DNA from: an uncultured Candidatus Saccharibacteria bacterium
GTDB lineage: Bacteria; Patescibacteriota; UBA1384; CAILIB01; JAUSJZ01
Direction: 5' to 3'
Assembly (NCBI GenBank): GCA_964421635.1
Contig: CAYQWZ010000007.1
Location: 1-61,131 of the forward strand
Length of the DNA stretch: 61,131 nt
Under the pieces are notes generated by a model. The model worked only from the letters and a program-made list of their open reading frames with translations. It was not told where the DNA came from and searched no databases. The translations under genes and the position numbers were made by a program. Of this stretch, positions 37,673-47,584 are shown piece after piece (the stretch's first letter is position 1; the number at the start of each line of letters is the position of its first letter).

Positions 37673-38737
37673 TTAGCCCAAGAAATCGCCGCGGCCAATT
37701 AGTGCTAGAATAATTCCAATATTAGCAGCCAAGGCCGAGATTAACCAAAACCGTTGTGTCACTTTCGTTTCAGGCCATCCTTTCGCTTGAAAATGATGAT
37801 GGATTGGCGCAGACAAAAATACCTTTTTGCCATTTCTCAGTTTTTTAGAAGTAAGTTGAATAATTACAGATAACGCTTCAATAATAAATATCAACGAAAT
37901 GACAGCAAAAATAACCAGCGTATTAGTCAAAAAAGCAATAACTGCAATAGTCATACCTAAAGCCATAGAGCCCGTGTCTCCCATAAAGAAGCGCGCCGGA
38001 TAAATATTGAACCACAAGAAAGCCAGAATGGCTCCTAAAACAGTAGCGCAGAAAGCAGCTAATGAAGTCATACCTAAAGTTAGCGCTATAAAAGTATAGG
38101 CAGCGTACATAGTGGCTAAAACCCCACCTGCTAGACCATCTAGTCCGTCAGTTAAGTTGGAAGCTTGAGCAGAGAAAACGACCACCAAAATAAATAGTGG
38201 AATATACCACCAACCAATGACAAAATCTCCAATAGCAGGAATATGCATTGGCCTGCTAATCCAATCGAGCTTATAAGCAAACCAGTAAGCGCCGACTGCT
38301 GCGATAACGGTATAAAGGATTATCTTGTATTTGAATTCTAACCCACCACGATGTTTGCCCGCACCTTTGACATTCATAAAATCATCAATACCGCCCACCA
38401 CTCCGGTGGCCACCAAAACGGCCAATGGCAGCCAAGTCCCCGCACGATCTAAGTTTAATAATAGTGTAATTACGGCTACGGTTATCCAAATTAGTAATCC
38501 TCCCATAGTCGGCGTCTTCTCTTTTTTCTTATGCAGTTTAAAAAATATTGGCGCTTTTTTTTCATCATGCCCAGTATCGCGAATGCGTTTGCCAATTTTA
38601 TTGCGATACAAAAAATCGGTGAATAATGGCGTTAGTAAAATTGAAACAACAAAAGCCAAGGCCATTAGTATAAATACATTTATTAGTGCCGGCACAGATA
38701 AAGTGAACTGTTCTGTGCCAAAAATGAAATCTTGCAT
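37673..38737 (-). CDS. mraY: phospho-N-acetylmuramoyl-pentapeptide transferase
   Basis: KxxTPTMGG, NLTDGLDGLA, GDTGS, HHHF motifs; 10 TM. Confidence 0.9.
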   Translation of the reverse strand: MQDFIFGTEQFTLSVPALINVFILMALAFVVSILLTPLFTDFLYRNKIGKRIRDTGHDEKKAPIFFKLHKKKEKTPTMGGLLIWITVAVITLLLNLDRAGTWLPLAVLVATGVVGGIDDFMNVKGAGKHRGGLEFKYKIILYTVIAAVGAYWFAYKLDWISRPMHIPAIGDFVIGWWYIPLFILVVVFSAQASNLTDGLDGLAGGVLATMYAAYTFIALTLGMTSLAAFCATVLGAILAFLWFNIYPARFFMGDTGSMALGMTIAVIAFLTNTLVIFAVISLIFIIEALSVIIQLTSKKLRNGKKVFLSAPIHHHFQAKGWPETKVTQRFWLISALAANIGIILALIGRGDFLG

Positions 38738-38761
38738 ACCTCCTTGTTACTTTTTTATATT

Positions 38762-40012
38762 CTACCTTTTGTAATCTTGCCGAACTAGTAATTCTGCCGC
38801 CTTATCAGGATTAACCATTAGGGCTTTGACAATTCTTTCAAAAAACATTCCCCCTTGAGAGGCCTTTACTAAAATAATATCTTTGGCCTGCACAATACCA
38901 TCGAGCCTGGTAATTAAGGATTCAGCCGAATCGAAAGAGATTAAGTGCTGATCTTGCATACCGTTTTCACGAGCTCCACGAATAATGCGTTTCGAATTTG
39001 GCCCCACTGCTACCAAATAATCAATTTTATTCTCTGCCACCTGTCTGCCTAATTTTAAATGGGCCGACACCGTATTATCACCTAGCTCATTCATGTTGCC
39101 AAAAATTACCACTTTCCGTCGGCTCTTACCAGCTACAGATGACAAAGTTTTAAGCGCCTCCTGGGCCGCAATTGGCGATGAATTATATGAATCATCAATA
39201 ATAAGCATCTCTTTTCTACCTTTTATTAGTCGCATGCGGCCAGGAGGCGCCATAAAAGTGGCCGCTCTTTTAGCTAACTGCGATAAATTTTTTCCTCGAG
39301 ATACTGCTACCGCCAAAGCAGCCATAACAGAACTTAGCTGATGTAATCCTAAAAGTTGGGTTTTAAAGCGACGCGACTCGCTTTTATAGCGCACTGTAAC
39401 ACTGCTGCCAAACTGTTCTTGCGTAATTTTTGAGTATTCAATATCGGCTTTGTCCTGACCGTAAGTTATAGCTCGTCTATCTTTTTTTATAGCTGTTTGC
39501 CATTTGTCATCGGCATTTACTACCAACACTCCGTCTTTAGATAATCCTTTAATAATATCTAGCTTTTCGGCCGTAATGGCTTTCAAGTTAGGCCCCGCGT
39601 GCGAGATTGCAAATTTGGTCAGCACTGCCATATCTAGAGGAATTTTTTCAGCCAAAAAAGCGATATCTCCCTTTTTTTCAGAAGCAAACTCTAACACCAA
39701 AGTATAGCCTTTTGACCCACCACTTTTAGTTAACATTAGTTTAAAAAAGGCATTGAGATAATCGAAGAAGCCACGGGGTACCTTTTTCTGCCCCGCGATG
39801 ACTAGCGGAATAGTAAACTCCGTATTCATATTGCCAAAACTGCCACGGATATTTTTTGAGGGACCACCCAACAGATGAACGATGGCATCTTTAGTGGTGG
39901 TTTTGCCGACACTTCCCGTAACGGCAATTATAAATGGTTCGTCGAACACCAAAATTTTCTGTGCTTTTGCCCAAACTTTTTTCAAGTACCAGTTTTTGGC
40001 GAATTTTTTCAT
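38762..40012 (-). CDS. murF: Mur ligase, MurF-like (short form lacking the N-terminal domain)
   Basis: AVTGSVGKTTTKD P-loop, DDSYNSSP, position between ftsI and mraY. MurE cannot be excluded by eye. Confidence 0.65.
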   Translation of the reverse strand: MKKFAKNWYLKKVWAKAQKILVFDEPFIIAVTGSVGKTTTKDAIVHLLGGPSKNIRGSFGNMNTEFTIPLVIAGQKKVPRGFFDYLNAFFKLMLTKSGGSKGYTLVLEFASEKKGDIAFLAEKIPLDMAVLTKFAISHAGPNLKAITAEKLDIIKGLSKDGVLVVNADDKWQTAIKKDRRAITYGQDKADIEYSKITQEQFGSSVTVRYKSESRRFKTQLLGLHQLSSVMAALAVAVSRGKNLSQLAKRAATFMAPPGRMRLIKGRKEMLIIDDSYNSSPIAAQEALKTLSSVAGKSRRKVVIFGNMNELGDNTVSAHLKLGRQVAENKIDYLVAVGPNSKRIIRGARENGMQDQHLISFDSAESLITRLDGIVQAKDIILVKASQGGMFFERIVKALMVNPDKAAELLVRQDYKR

Positions 40013-40032
40013 TTCAAAATTTGGTTATCAAT

Positions 40033-41820
40033 TTATTTATTGGTTGGCGGTATCTGATAATAATTTAGCAGATACTTGGTAATTTCCCCAGAAGCAGGAG
40101 CGGCCGAAGCGGCAGAGAACTCCGCATTAGCCGGATTTTCCAGAGTGATAAAAACTACAAACTCTGGCTCATCTGACGGCGCTAAAGCAATGAAGGAGTG
40201 TCTGAAACGATTATCATAATATCCACCAGCCGGATCAGAAATTTGAGCCGTACCAGTTTTACCTGCAATCTTGTAGCCACGCACAGCCGCTTGACGAGCA
40301 TGACCAGAAACCACCACCGAAACCATCATATTACGAATCTGACGAGTAGTATCTTCAGTAAATACCCGACCAACTTCTTTTGGCTCAATTGTTGTTCGAC
40401 TACCATCTGGCGCAATAATTTCAGAAATTAAATTTGGCTGCATCATTATTCCGTTATTAGCGATAGCAGTATAGGCAGTAGCTAGATGCAAAGCAGTGGT
40501 GTCTATTCCCTGCCCAAAAGAAATCGTTGAGCGCTGAATATCCTTCATTTTTTCGCGCGGTAGTAAATAGCCCGATTCTTCACCTGCCAGCTGTATACCT
40601 GTAATTTGGCCAAATTTAAGCTTCTCTAAATAGTCATACATATTGTCACTGCCAAGAAGATTGCCAACTGCCACCATAGCGGTATTGACCGAGTTCTCTA
40701 AAACCTCTGTCATGGTGATATTTTGGTAGGCCTTTTTCTCAACATTAGAAATAGTGTGTTGACCAATTTTAATTGATCCTTCGTAACTACCCGTCTCATC
40801 AGGATTAGTTAATTGTTTATCTATAGCCATAGCCATTATTAGAGGCTTTACAACAGAACCGAATTCAAAACGCGAAGATACTATCGGGTTAACAAACACG
40901 GAATGATTCTCTTTCTCAACCTCGAAAAATTTATTGGGGTCGAAAGTTGGATTAGATGTCATAGCCAGTACCGCGCCCGTTTTAGCATTTAAAATAACCA
41001 TACTGCCACTTTCCGCGCCGTACTTCTCTACTGCATCAGCTATCACCTCTTCAGCTTTGTACTGAATATTTCTATCTATAGTCAGAACATAGCTGTACCC
41101 GTTACGGCCAGAAACTGAACCGACCTGCGTTAGTAATCGGCCACGGCTATCTCGCTCAACCGCCACATTACCCGCGCTCCCTTGCAGGTCGCGCGCCATA
41201 AACTGTTCAAATCCGTACTGCCCTTCTCCTTCGAAATTAACATAACCCAAAATATGTGCTGCCAGCTGCCCTTCTGGGTATACTCGCTGAAACTCTTTAA
41301 TAAAAAATAATCCGTTAGTGAAATAAATTAAGTCGCCTTGGGCTACATCGAAGTTGATTTTAATATCTGGGTCAATGTCATTAGCAATAGCTTCAATCTG
41401 TTCTTTAGTTAGGCCGTGAGCAAAAGGCGAAGTATAGTATCCTTCATCATCTGGCCAATTGGTTGACCCCTCATAAGTAAGCTTATTCCAAAGTGTCTGC
41501 TCTTCTTCTGGCTCTAGCTGTAAATGGCGCATTAAAGACGGAACTATGACATCAGGATTATCAACATGACGAGGAGTAGCTGAGACGGCGTAGCGCTGAA
41601 TACTGTCAGCCAAAATTATTGGCTGTCCACTTTCGGTATCAGCCGCGTAAATAATGCCTCTTTGAGCCTGTATTTCTTGAGTAGCAAACTGTTGGCGCTC
41701 AGCTGACGCTATATAATAAGAGTGCATGCCAACCGATTGCTGCCACAGTTTGCCCAACATTAAAAGACCCGTTAGCAACACTACGGCAATAAAAAACGAA
41801 AGAGGAGTTTTGCTATCCAT
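40033..41820 (-). CDS. ftsI: penicillin-binding transpeptidase (class B PBP, FtsI-like)
   Basis: N-terminal TM, SVVKP (SxxK), SNV(SxN)-like region, KTGTAQ (KTG). Confidence 0.85.
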   Translation of the reverse strand: MDSKTPLSFFIAVVLLTGLLMLGKLWQQSVGMHSYYIASAERQQFATQEIQAQRGIIYAADTESGQPIILADSIQRYAVSATPRHVDNPDVIVPSLMRHLQLEPEEEQTLWNKLTYEGSTNWPDDEGYYTSPFAHGLTKEQIEAIANDIDPDIKINFDVAQGDLIYFTNGLFFIKEFQRVYPEGQLAAHILGYVNFEGEGQYGFEQFMARDLQGSAGNVAVERDSRGRLLTQVGSVSGRNGYSYVLTIDRNIQYKAEEVIADAVEKYGAESGSMVILNAKTGAVLAMTSNPTFDPNKFFEVEKENHSVFVNPIVSSRFEFGSVVKPLIMAMAIDKQLTNPDETGSYEGSIKIGQHTISNVEKKAYQNITMTEVLENSVNTAMVAVGNLLGSDNMYDYLEKLKFGQITGIQLAGEESGYLLPREKMKDIQRSTISFGQGIDTTALHLATAYTAIANNGIMMQPNLISEIIAPDGSRTTIEPKEVGRVFTEDTTRQIRNMMVSVVVSGHARQAAVRGYKIAGKTGTAQISDPAGGYYDNRFRHSFIALAPSDEPEFVVFITLENPANAEFSAASAAPASGEITKYLLNYYQIPPTNK

Positions 41821-41843
41821 ATTACTTATCAGTGTATCTTATG

Positions 41844-42200
41844 TTACTGTGTTGTGCTGGTTCCAGCCACCGCCTCTTGTTCATCTAAGTACTCGACATC
41901 ATCACCAATAGAGACCATCTCTTCTCGCACTTCACTCTTGGCGATACGATCTAGCGTTTTAGCTCGCGCTTCTAATAGTTTCAGTTCATTTATCTCTTGT
42001 TCGACACTGCCCTTTTCTTCTCGCAATTCAGTTGATTCATAAATAGCAGTCTCTCGGCCAATGCTTTGCGTTAAGCTCACTAAGGCCAAAACTGCCACTG
42101 CTGAGATCGCTAAAACCTTTCCAATTGTAGGCCCAATTTTAACCCGTCGTCTGACTGTGCGACGACGCCTGCGTCTATTTACTTTATATCGACTCATCAT
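41844..42200 (-). CDS. FtsL/DivIC-like small division protein
   Basis: R-rich N-terminus, single TM, short coiled coil; position between mraZ and ftsI. Confidence 0.5.
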   Translation of the reverse strand: MMSRYKVNRRRRRRTVRRRVKIGPTIGKVLAISAVAVLALVSLTQSIGRETAIYESTELREEKGSVEQEINELKLLEARAKTLDRIAKSEVREEMVSIGDDVEYLDEQEAVAGTSTTQ

Positions 42201-42203
42201 AGT

Positions 42204-42635
42204 TTATAATCCTAAATCATTTAAATCTTCAGCTATAGTTGCTACATTCTTCTCCATTTTTTTCTGATAATTACGCCATCTGTTCTCGTCCCATATTTCT
42301 ACTCGGCTATAAAGGCCGGCAAAAACCACATTCTTTTTTATGCCACCAAACTGCCGAAGGTATTTTGGTAGCATCATGCGGCCCTGTTTATCTATCTCTA
42401 TATCCATTGCTCCAGCTAGCATTAAACGGGCAAAACTTCGAGCACTGCTTTTACTTAACGGCAAAGCGGCAATGCGCTCCGCAATTTTGGCCCACTCATC
42501 TTTGGTGTAAAAGAACAGTGAATCGTCTAGTCCACGGGTTACAACCGCACCTTGACTAAACTGTTTACGAAACTTGGCTGGCACCTGCACCCTCCCTTTC
42601 TCATCTACGGTATGTTGAAACTCTCCTATAAACAC
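42204..42635 (-). CDS. mraZ: transcriptional regulator MraZ
   Basis: MFIGEFQHTVDEKGRVQVPAKFR and a second DKQGRMMLP SpoVT/AbrB-like repeat. Confidence 0.9.
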   Translation of the reverse strand: MFIGEFQHTVDEKGRVQVPAKFRKQFSQGAVVTRGLDDSLFFYTKDEWAKIAERIAALPLSKSSARSFARLMLAGAMDIEIDKQGRMMLPKYLRQFGGIKKNVVFAGLYSRVEIWDENRWRNYQKKMEKNVATIAEDLNDLGL

Positions 42636-42652
42636 CTTTGATTGTTAGTTAT

Positions 42653-42698
42653 CCACAAAGTTATCCACTTTTCCCCACTTTTCCCCACTACCTGCCAC
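42653..42698 (-). promoter_or_regulatory. putative MraZ operator: five GTGG(G) direct repeats at about 10-nt phasing
   Basis: Plus-strand CCAC at 42653, 42665, 42675, 42685 and 42695 (spacing 12, 10, 10, 10), between the promoter and the mraZ start. Confidence 0.55.
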
Positions 42699-42706
42699 TG
42701 ACTCCC

Positions 42707-42735
42707 ATTTTACGGATACTTTAGCCCACGGTCAA
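42707..42735 (-). promoter_or_regulatory. dcw (mra) promoter
   Basis: Minus strand TTGACC-17 nt-TAAAAT. Confidence 0.6.
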
Positions 42736-42830
42736 CGCCATTTATGGGGATAAATATTTTTTTAAATTAAGCCGTTTTGTCATCTGTTTTTTGTATAATA
42801 ATAAAGAGGGAGAGATATTGGCTCTACCTC

Positions 42831-42859
42831 TTGACATTGGCACCATTTTATGCTAAGGT
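42831..42859 (+). promoter_or_regulatory. sigma70-like promoter of GC-rich cassette
   Basis: TTGACA-17 nt-TAAGGT, followed by an approximately 170-nt hairpin-rich leader. Confidence 0.5.
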
Positions 42860-43037
42860 AAACGCGCCAATCAAGGTTGGTGCCCAAACACATAAGGGGC
42901 GCACCTTAACAACTGAGCCTGTACAGGTAGGCCTGTTGCAGGATTGTTCAAGACTGTCCGCATTTGTTACGCCGCGGACAAACCTGTAGCCCCAACCTGG
43001 GGCAAACCCCCTTCGTGGGGTAAGAAGACGTGCAAGA

Positions 43038-45119
43038 ATGAGTAGCATCAGCATCGAGTTCGGTGGTAAGGTCTATGACCTCGCCGAACTTCAACGAGAT
43101 GTCATCAGCCGCAGCACCGCCGAGCTGCGTGCAGGAGGTCTCAGCCGTAGCGATGCCGTCGAGCATCGCCATGAACTGTTCACCCTTCGACAAACTCTGC
43201 GCGACCCGCACGACGAGCTAGTCGCGCAGATCAACGCCAAGAAGGTCGAGATCGAAGCCAAGAAGGCTGCGGTCAGGCGCGCCAGCACTAACAAGCCGGT
43301 TCGCCAACAGGAGCTGGCCGGTTTGGTCGCCGAGAAGCAGCTGATCGAGCAGGACATGGCCGCCATCACGGCGGTCATCGACCAGCTCGAGGAAGCTCTC
43401 CGTGAGCTGGCCATCGTCGACGACAAGGGCGACTACCTCAGCACCGTCCCCGACGACCAGTTCTCCACCAGTGACGGCGAGAACAGTGACGACGACGAGT
43501 TGCTGGACAGGCGTGAGTATCGGGAGCTCAACGAGCACCTGACCGTTCTGCGCTTCCCCAAAAGCGGCGTCGTTTACGCTCTGTATTTCCCCAGCTACAT
43601 GGGGAACCCTCACGAGTTCAACTCCCAGCAAGGTCAGAGTCTGATCATGATCGGTCAGAAGCAGGATAACGGTGAGCTTCCGCTTACCGCTGCCCATGAC
43701 CTGGTGGTGTTGCTGCTGCACCACACGGAAGATGAGCAAGACGGGGGCATCGCGGAGAACGTCGCCGAAGCCATCGTCGGCTACCTCATCGACGGTATTG
43801 ACCTGACCATGGACACGGTCGGGTTGGACACCGCCACACAGATGAGCCCTCGAGTGCAACAGTGGTGTGTCGCGCACGAGGAAGATCTCGAGGTCACGCA
43901 CACATCGGAGCGCTTCCGTCGTGTGTTGGTGCCCGAAGGGTACCGAGCCATCGAGTCGACCGAGCGTATTTGCGAGCCTCGGTACGGTTTCTTGGTCTGG
44001 CTGCTCAGCCCCGAAGACCAGGAAGATCTGCTCGCGAGCCTCGGGCTCAACGAGTGGCCTGAGGACGGCCTCTGGCCGGATTCGCCTCAGCAGTCGCCGC
44101 AGCGAGACAGTCGCCGCGACGAGCAGGTCAACAGCAACCGCTCGCACACTCGTGACGAGTGGCCGTCGCGACCCGCTGCTACCCACCCGGCTCAGCCGGT
44201 TCCGGTGAGCAGCAACGACAGCAGTAGCGACGACGAGAAACCCGACGAGATCCCCCCCGAAGAGCTGATCGTCGACATCACCAACACGGTGGTCGTGACA
44301 CACAGAGACCCGAGCTACAAGTTCACCGCGAGGGTCTTCAAGCTGGAACCTGGAGCGCGAGTGGTTGCTGACTACCATGTCAACTCGCTGGCGCGCTATG
44401 GAACGAGTCGGCCCAACCCGGATGTCCGAGGCACACGATGCATCAGCATCGCCGAGCCCTGCGTCATCGTGGTCGACGAGGTCAAGGGGTTCGATCCGGC
44501 AGAGGGTATGTTGGATGTTGCCAACATCATCTGGACCCTCGACTGGCAGGATGGAGACCACCACCTCATCAGCGGTCCCATCGCACTCAGCCCCGAAGGA
44601 ATGGAGCGGGCGACCGTATCGCTCAACAGCTCCTGCTTCCCCCGCTGGCCTCAGTACTTGGGTGATGAGTCTAGCATCACCCCGGTGATTCGCTGGGATA
44701 ACCAGCTCGTGGCATGTCTGGAGAGGCATGTCAAGAACACTCTTCGGGAGGGTGTTCCCAGCGCGAAGTTCCTGGTCGGTTGGGTGAACCCCGAGCAGGC
44801 GAAGCTCCACCCGCCACCGCCGCGTGACGAGCAGTACGACGATCGTCCGCAACCCACCACCCGTGGGCAGCGTGACGAGCAGCTGAGCCCCCCCGACGAG
44901 ATGACTCCCGCGGAAGCCGACGCGATCATTCGCGCGGCCGCCGTTCGTGAGAGTCATCGACAGGCCACCCAGCGGCAGCAGCCGCACGACGACGGTGGTC
45001 GCTACCAGCGCCGCGATGAGCCCAACGGTGGCAACGGTGGCTTCCGCGGCAGCAACGACAACAGCGGTCGCCCCCAGCGCCGGGGCGCCCGCCCCCGCCC
45101 CACCGACCGGTCGCGCTAG
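43038..45119 (+). CDS. large hypothetical protein (very GC-rich): coiled-coil N-terminus, acidic segments, R/G/D/Q-rich tail
   Basis: 693-aa ORF with the promoter upstream and a terminator downstream on the same strand. GC3-dominated codons. Tail is ...GGNGGFRGSNDNSGRPQRRGARPRP. No catalytic motif recognised. The start is uncertain (weak SD). Confidence 0.55.
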   Translation: MSSISIEFGGKVYDLAELQRDVISRSTAELRAGGLSRSDAVEHRHELFTLRQTLRDPHDELVAQINAKKVEIEAKKAAVRRASTNKPVRQQELAGLVAEKQLIEQDMAAITAVIDQLEEALRELAIVDDKGDYLSTVPDDQFSTSDGENSDDDELLDRREYRELNEHLTVLRFPKSGVVYALYFPSYMGNPHEFNSQQGQSLIMIGQKQDNGELPLTAAHDLVVLLLHHTEDEQDGGIAENVAEAIVGYLIDGIDLTMDTVGLDTATQMSPRVQQWCVAHEEDLEVTHTSERFRRVLVPEGYRAIESTERICEPRYGFLVWLLSPEDQEDLLASLGLNEWPEDGLWPDSPQQSPQRDSRRDEQVNSNRSHTRDEWPSRPAATHPAQPVPVSSNDSSSDDEKPDEIPPEELIVDITNTVVVTHRDPSYKFTARVFKLEPGARVVADYHVNSLARYGTSRPNPDVRGTRCISIAEPCVIVVDEVKGFDPAEGMLDVANIIWTLDWQDGDHHLISGPIALSPEGMERATVSLNSSCFPRWPQYLGDESSITPVIRWDNQLVACLERHVKNTLREGVPSAKFLVGWVNPEQAKLHPPPPRDEQYDDRPQPTTRGQRDEQLSPPDEMTPAEADAIIRAAAVRESHRQATQRQQPHDDGGRYQRRDEPNGGNGGFRGSNDNSGRPQRRGARPRPTDRSR

Positions 45120-45176
45120 CAAGCAACACTAGTCAACACCCCCTTCGAACGCGGATCCAAACCGCGTTCAACCAAA

Positions 45177-45206
45177 AGTCCCCCAGCTCCGGCCGGGGGA
45201 CTTTTC
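45177..45206 (+). terminator. intrinsic terminator
   Basis: agtccccc ... gggggact stem followed by TTTT. Confidence 0.65.
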
Positions 45207-45224
45207 ATTTACTCTAAATAACTG

Positions 45225-46631
45225 CTAGGGAACTAACTTCTTAATAAAAAACTCTTCTAATTTATTTATTTCTACTCGCTCCTGTTTGAGCGTATCGCGA
45301 TCGCGCACCGTAACCGCTTTATCGTCTAAAGATTCAAAATCGACTGTCACACAAAAAGGAGTACCAATTTCATCTTGCCTTCTGTAGCGTCGTCCAATTG
45401 AGCCGGCTGCATCGTACTGAACGGCCCAGCGCTTGAGCAACACTTTATAAATATCACCCGCAATCTCGGGCAGTTGATCTTTCTTCACTAAAGGCAAAAC
45501 AGCTACTTTTATAGGGGCAATAGAAGGATGCAAACGCAATACCTTCTCCCCTTTCTTACGGCCATCCTTCTCATCTTCAGGAATCTCTTCGTAAGCGTCT
45601 ATTAAGAAAGTCAGAAAGGCTCGTTCAACTCCCATTGATGGTTCAACTACTTCAGGCAGATAGCGCTCATTGATTACTTCATCAAAATAAGTTAAATCTT
45701 TCTTACTATGCTTTTGGTGCTGCTTCAAGTCGTAATCTCCACGACGGGCAATTCCCTGCAATTCAGACCAACCAAAAGGATAATTATATTCAATATCGGT
45801 GGCGGCAATTGCATAATGAGCTAGCTCATCTTTATCATGCTCGCGCAACCGTAGATTCTCTTTTTTCACTCCATGATTTTGAAACCAAGTCATGCTTTCT
45901 TGAATAAAGTAATCGTACCATTCAGATGCAGAGCGCAGATGCCCTTCAATAGAATTAGTTTTTTTAGATAAGATATTGTCTGGCTCGATAAACCACTCAA
46001 TTTCACACTGTTCAAACTCTCGAGTGCGAAAGATAAAGTTCCCTGGCGTTACTTCATTTCTAAAAGCTTTACCAATTTGGGCAATGCCAAACGGCAACTT
46101 CTGCCGCGTAGTATCAACTACATTTCTAAAGTTAGTAAAAATTCCTTGCGCCGTTTCTGGCCGCAAATAAGCCAATGACCCTTCATCTTCAACTGGCCCT
46201 ATAAAAGTCTTGAACATTAAATTAAACTGCTTGGGCTCCGTCAAAACTCCACCACAGTTTGGACACTGTGTTTGGTCGGCTTTATTCTTTTTGACTTCAC
46301 CATACTGCCCTTCTAGTAAGTGATCGTAACGAAAACGGGTGTGACAATCTTTACATTCTACCAGCGGATCGGTAAAACCAGATTCATGCCCCGAGGCCTG
46401 CAATACTTCGCGTCGAGTAATAATAGCCGAATCTAGTGGCACAACAGATGGTTCAGAATGTACAAACCGGCTCCACCAAGCATTCTTAATATTTCGTTTC
46501 ATCTCAGCTCCCAGTGGACCGTAATCCCAAATAGCGCCCGTTCCTCCATAAATTTCGGCTGAAGGATAAACAAAACCTCGCCGCTTAGCCAGCGATACTA
46601 TTGGTTCTAAATTACGCAAAGTTGGTGCCAT
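45225..46631 (-). CDS. glyQS: glycine--tRNA ligase (dimeric class II type)
   Basis: RRGFVYPSAEIYGGTGAIWDYGPLGAEMKRNIKNAWW N-terminal signature; class II motifs; about 460 aa. Confidence 0.9.
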   Translation of the reverse strand: MAPTLRNLEPIVSLAKRRGFVYPSAEIYGGTGAIWDYGPLGAEMKRNIKNAWWSRFVHSEPSVVPLDSAIITRREVLQASGHESGFTDPLVECKDCHTRFRYDHLLEGQYGEVKKNKADQTQCPNCGGVLTEPKQFNLMFKTFIGPVEDEGSLAYLRPETAQGIFTNFRNVVDTTRQKLPFGIAQIGKAFRNEVTPGNFIFRTREFEQCEIEWFIEPDNILSKKTNSIEGHLRSASEWYDYFIQESMTWFQNHGVKKENLRLREHDKDELAHYAIAATDIEYNYPFGWSELQGIARRGDYDLKQHQKHSKKDLTYFDEVINERYLPEVVEPSMGVERAFLTFLIDAYEEIPEDEKDGRKKGEKVLRLHPSIAPIKVAVLPLVKKDQLPEIAGDIYKVLLKRWAVQYDAAGSIGRRYRRQDEIGTPFCVTVDFESLDDKAVTVRDRDTLKQERVEINKLEEFFIKKLVP

Positions 46632-46669
46632 ACAGCACTTATCCTACCTTAATAATCAGGTTATATCAA

Positions 46670-46810
46670 TTAAGAAATGTATTGTAATACTACGAAAAGC
46701 CCTGTAACAACGAATAAGGCAATCAACAGCCTAGGTGTTACAATTCTATCTACCTCTTCGGCTAAGAGCGGGTTTTTGTCGTAAAAATTCTTCTTTCTCC
46801 TTTTTGCCAT
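46670..46810 (-). CDS. 46-aa tail-anchored membrane peptide (hypothetical)
   Basis: Hand-found ORF MAKRRKKNFYDKNPLLAEEVDRIVTPRLLIALFVVTGLFVVLQYIS; too short for the ORF track. Confidence 0.3.
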   Translation of the reverse strand: MAKRRKKNFYDKNPLLAEEVDRIVTPRLLIALFVVTGLFVVLQYIS

Positions 46811-46831
46811 TACATAAAACTTATCACAAAT

Positions 46832-47584
46832 TCATACACTCTGGTTGTGGAGAAAGGGTAAGGCCCTCATCTTAGTTTGCACTGCCATTTGAATGTAGTT
46901 AATTAATAGTTCTTGTGCTTCGTTCAAAACTTCGTTTGAGGCTTTCAATCTATGGGCTACTTCAATATCTTGCGATAACAGGTGAAGCAGCTTCAGCGAA
47001 TCTGTGTTTTTTATAGGCTCTAAGTTTAATCCTCGTTCCGTTTTTTCGTTTAGCATTTTCAATACTAGCCCACCCGAAATAGACGACCAGTAGGCGTTAT
47101 CTCCATTTTTTATTTTCTCTCCGCTAATTACACATTTTATTGTGCTAGGAGCAATACCTAAAGCCGACAGCACCTTCGCTAGCGCCTCCAAAAAAGAGAG
47201 TTGCCAATGACAATCTTGAACCACTAATTTATTAGCAAAACGGATGGCATCAAATAGCCGCTCATCTGGCTCGTAAAGCTCTGTAAAACCCTGAATTAAT
47301 TCGGTCACTAAATGAAGCCTGGCCACCTGTTCAAAACTAGTATCAAAGTAGCGCTCAGAAGTTCGCGTGTCTACTATGGTGTAGTGTCCATTTCGCTCAC
47401 TCAAAAGTAACTCGTTCATTAAATAAGGCTCTAAATGACCCGACACTAAGTTCTTCATACGGCGCGCGCCGTAGGCGCGCGCTAAAACTTTGCCCAAACC
47501 TTTGGTATAGAGCAAATAAAGTTTGTCGTACTCTTTAATATTGTAAGATCTTAAAACTAATCCAACAGTTTTAATTTGATTCAT
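46832..47584 (-). CDS. recO: DNA repair protein RecO
   Basis: MNQIKTVGLVLRSYNIKEYDKLYLLYTKGLGKV OB-fold N-terminus typical of RecO. The start was moved to ATG 47584; the track ORF extends into the upstream gene. Confidence 0.75.
   Translation of the reverse strand: MNQIKTVGLVLRSYNIKEYDKLYLLYTKGLGKVLARAYGARRMKNLVSGHLEPYLMNELLLSERNGHYTIVDTRTSERYFDTSFEQVARLHLVTELIQGFTELYEPDERLFDAIRFANKLVVQDCHWQLSFLEALAKVLSALGIAPSTIKCVISGEKIKNGDNAYWSSISGGLVLKMLNEKTERGLNLEPIKNTDSLKLLHLLSQDIEVAHRLKASNEVLNEAQELLINYIQMAVQTKMRALPFLHNQSV

Noticed and set aside
43091-45132. A long antisense ORF (43218-45122, 634 aa) and many nested ORFs on both strands inside the 43038-45119 gene.
   Set aside because: Open antisense frames are expected in very GC-rich DNA. 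Their products are R/G/A/V/L-rich low-complexity strings. The promoter, leader and terminator orientation all support the plus-strand 693-aa frame.
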